The notes under the pieces were generated by a model. The model was not told the origin of the DNA and did not search any database. It was given only the letters and a program-made list of their open reading frames with translations. DNA of 64,000 bases, taken from an uncultured Actinomycetes bacterium (GTDB taxonomy: Bacteria; Actinomycetota; Acidimicrobiia; IMCC26256; PALSA-555). Positions 61,514-64,000 of the stretch are shown here, piece by piece. The DNA is taken from assembly GCA_963714105.1 (NCBI GenBank), contig OY970233.1:225154-289153 (forward strand), in the 5' to 3' direction. The first letter of the stretch is position 1; each line of letters begins with the position of its first letter. Made by a program: the position numbers and the translations under genes.

Positions 61514-64000
61514 TCAGGAGAGGGTGCGGGCGATCTCTTTGAGGTCGTAGGTCTCGATGACGTCACCCTGCTTGAGGTCCTGGAAGTCCGAGAGGCCGAT
61601 GCCGCACTCGAACCCGGACTGAACCTCGCGCGACGTCGTCCTTGAAGCGCTTGAGGGTGGCGATGGTGCCGTTCCAGATGACGACACCCTCGCGCAGGAA
61701 CCGGACCTTCGACCCTCGGGTGATGGTCCCGTTCGTGACGTAGCAGCCGGCGACCTTGCCCGACGCGTGGCACGGAGAAGATCTCGCGGACCTCGGCGTC
61801 GCCGGTGACGAACTCTTCGAACTCGGGTTGGAGCATGCCGACCAGCGCGGCGGTGACGTCCTCGAGGACCTGGTAGATGACCTCGTAGAGGCGCAGCTCG
61901 ACGTTCTCGGTCGCGGCGAGCTCGCGGGCCTGGCGGTCGGGGCGGACGTTGAAGCCGATCACGGTCGCGTTCGACACCGCGGCGAGGTTGATGTCGGACT
62001 CGTTGATCCCGCCGACGGCCCGGTGGACGAAGGAGAGCCGCACCTCCTCGTGGTCCTGGTCGAGCTTGCGGAGCGCGTCGGTGAGCGCCTCGAGGGAGCC
62101 TTGCACGTCGGCCTTCAGCACCAGGTTGAGGGTCGCGACCTCGCCTCGTTGGACCATCGCGAAGATGTCCTCGAGGCGGGCACCGCCGGCGAGGGTCATC
62201 GGGTGGGCCATGCCCGCGGCGCGACGGCGGCGGGCTCGGGCCTCCGCGACGGTCCGGGCGGTCTTCTCGTCGGGTGCGACGCGGAGCTCGTCACCGGCGA
62301 GGGGCACCGCGTCGAGGCCGAGGACCTCGACCGGCATCGACGGGACCGCCTCTTTCACCGCTTCGCCCCGATGATCGAACATCGCCCGGACACGACCCCA
62401 GCCGTTCCCGGCGACGACCGGCTCACCGACGCGGAGGGTCCCCCGCTCGACGAGGGCGGTGACGACCGGGCCGCGGCCGGCGTCGAGGTTCGACTCGAGC
62501 ACGTACGCCGCGGGCCGGCGCTTTGGGGTTGGCCATGAGCTCCTCGACGTCGGCGACGAGGAGGATCGCTTCGAGGAGGTCGGTCGACACCGAGCCCGGC
62601 CGGCGCTGCGACCTCGACGACCATGGTCTCCCCGCCCCACTCCTCGGGGACGAGGCCCTGCTCGACGAGCTGCTGGCGGACGCGTTGGGTGTCGGCGTCC
62701 TCACGGTCGACCTTGGTGATCGCGACGATCGTGGGCACCTCGGCGGCGCGGGCGTGCGCGATCGCTTCGACGGTCTGGGGCATGACACCGTCGTCGGCGG
62801 CGACGACGAGGATGGCGATGTCGGTCGCTTGTGCGCCGCGAGCCCGCATGGCCGTGAAGGCCTCGTGGCCGGGCGTGTCGATGAAGGTGATGCGCCGCCC
62901 GTTGTGATCGGCTTGGTAGGCGCCGATGTGCTGGGTGATGCCGCCGGCTTCGCCGCCGACCACGTTCGTGTCCCGGATCGCGTCGAGGAGTGTCGTCTTG
63001 CCGTGGTCGACGTGACCCATGATCGTCACGATCGGGGGGCGCGGTTCGAGGAGAGCCTCGTCGTCTTCTTCCTCGTCGCCGAGGAGGGCTTGCAGCTCGA
63101 GCTCCTGCTCCTGACCGGGTTCGACGAGGAGCACCTCGGCGCCGAGGGTCTCCCCGATCAGCTCGATCATCTCGTCGGCGAGGGTCTGGGTTCCGGTGAC
63201 CATCTCCCCCGCGTCGAACAGCAGCCGGACGAGGTCCGCGGCGTTGCGGTTCAGCTTCGGCGCGAGCTCTTGGATCGTGATGCCGCGCGGCACGACGATC
63301 TCACCGTCCGGGACCGGCGCGTCGAGCGGCGTGAGCGCGGTCGGCGCGGCGGGTCCGAGGTCTTCGAAGTCGCGGCGGCGCCGCTTCTTGCGTCGGGGCC
63401 GTTGACCCTGCGGGCCGGCCCGGCCGCGTCCGGGGGGTCCACCCCGTCCGCCGCCCGGTCCGCCGGGACCGCCGCCGGGTGCCCCGCGGCTCGGGAAGGG
63501 TCCACCACCGGTGCGGGGACGCCCGGGCGCGCCGGCACCAGCGCCGGCACCACCACCGCCGCCGCCGCCGCCGCGGGGTGGGCCGCCGGAGCTGGGGGTG
63601 AACACGCGCGGGCCGGGCGGTGGGGGGAGTCGGCGGGCGCCCGGTGGGGGCGGGATGGGCTTCCCGGTCGGTGACACGAGCGGCGGCGCGCCCGGCGCGC
63701 CCGGCGCGGGGGGCGCCTCGGGCGGGGCCGGTGCGGCAGGGGGGGCCGCGGCGCTGGCCGCGGGAGGCCGGGCGAGGGCAGGCTCTCGGGGTGGCGCGGC
63801 CGGTTCGGGGAGACCGCCGGTGGAGCGCACGACGCGGGGCGCGGCGGGCGGCTCCGGGATCCCGCCGGTGGAGCGCACGACCCGGTGGGTGGCGTGCGGT
63901 TCGGGGGCGGGCATCGGCGGGCGGGGTGCTTCGGGTGTGTCGGCGTGCGGCTCGGCCGCGACGGGCACCTCGGCGGGCTCCGGCTCGGCCGGCGCTTCGC
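61514..64000 (-). CDS. infB: translation initiation factor IF-2 (5' end off window; frameshifts)
   Basis: [61 protein letters not shown]. Confidence 0.95.

Overview
Very GC-rich bacterial chromosome segment. Gene content and order point to an actinomycetote, probably Acidimicrobiia-like (inference). From about 18.7 kb to the end lies a mostly minus-strand core block: infB, DUF503-rbfA-nrnA-truB-ribF-rpsO-pnp-M16 peptidase-dapB, rnj-SDR-ftsK, rimO-pgsA-cinA-thpR-recA (with a LAGLIDADG intein), miaB-miaA-dapF-hflX-dapC-dapD and lexA/LysM-nrdR-nrdJ. Inserted modules include a four-gene conservon and a TetR/SHOCT/TetR/diiron cassette. The first 18.6 kb holds metabolic and accessory genes, including a probable selenoprotein (in-frame UGA plus SECIS-like hairpin) and two Cys-containing surface proteins. 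The strongest unannotated signal is a shared CTCAAG-N15-G(C/T)CG(A/T) sigma-28/WhiG-type promoter in front of the conservon and both surface proteins. recA carries three different regulatory motifs, and PNPase has an (Arg-Asp)n tail. Many essential genes beyond about 28 kb have single-base frameshifts that are most likely sequencing or assembly errors. No rRNA, tRNA, CRISPR array or transposase was seen.
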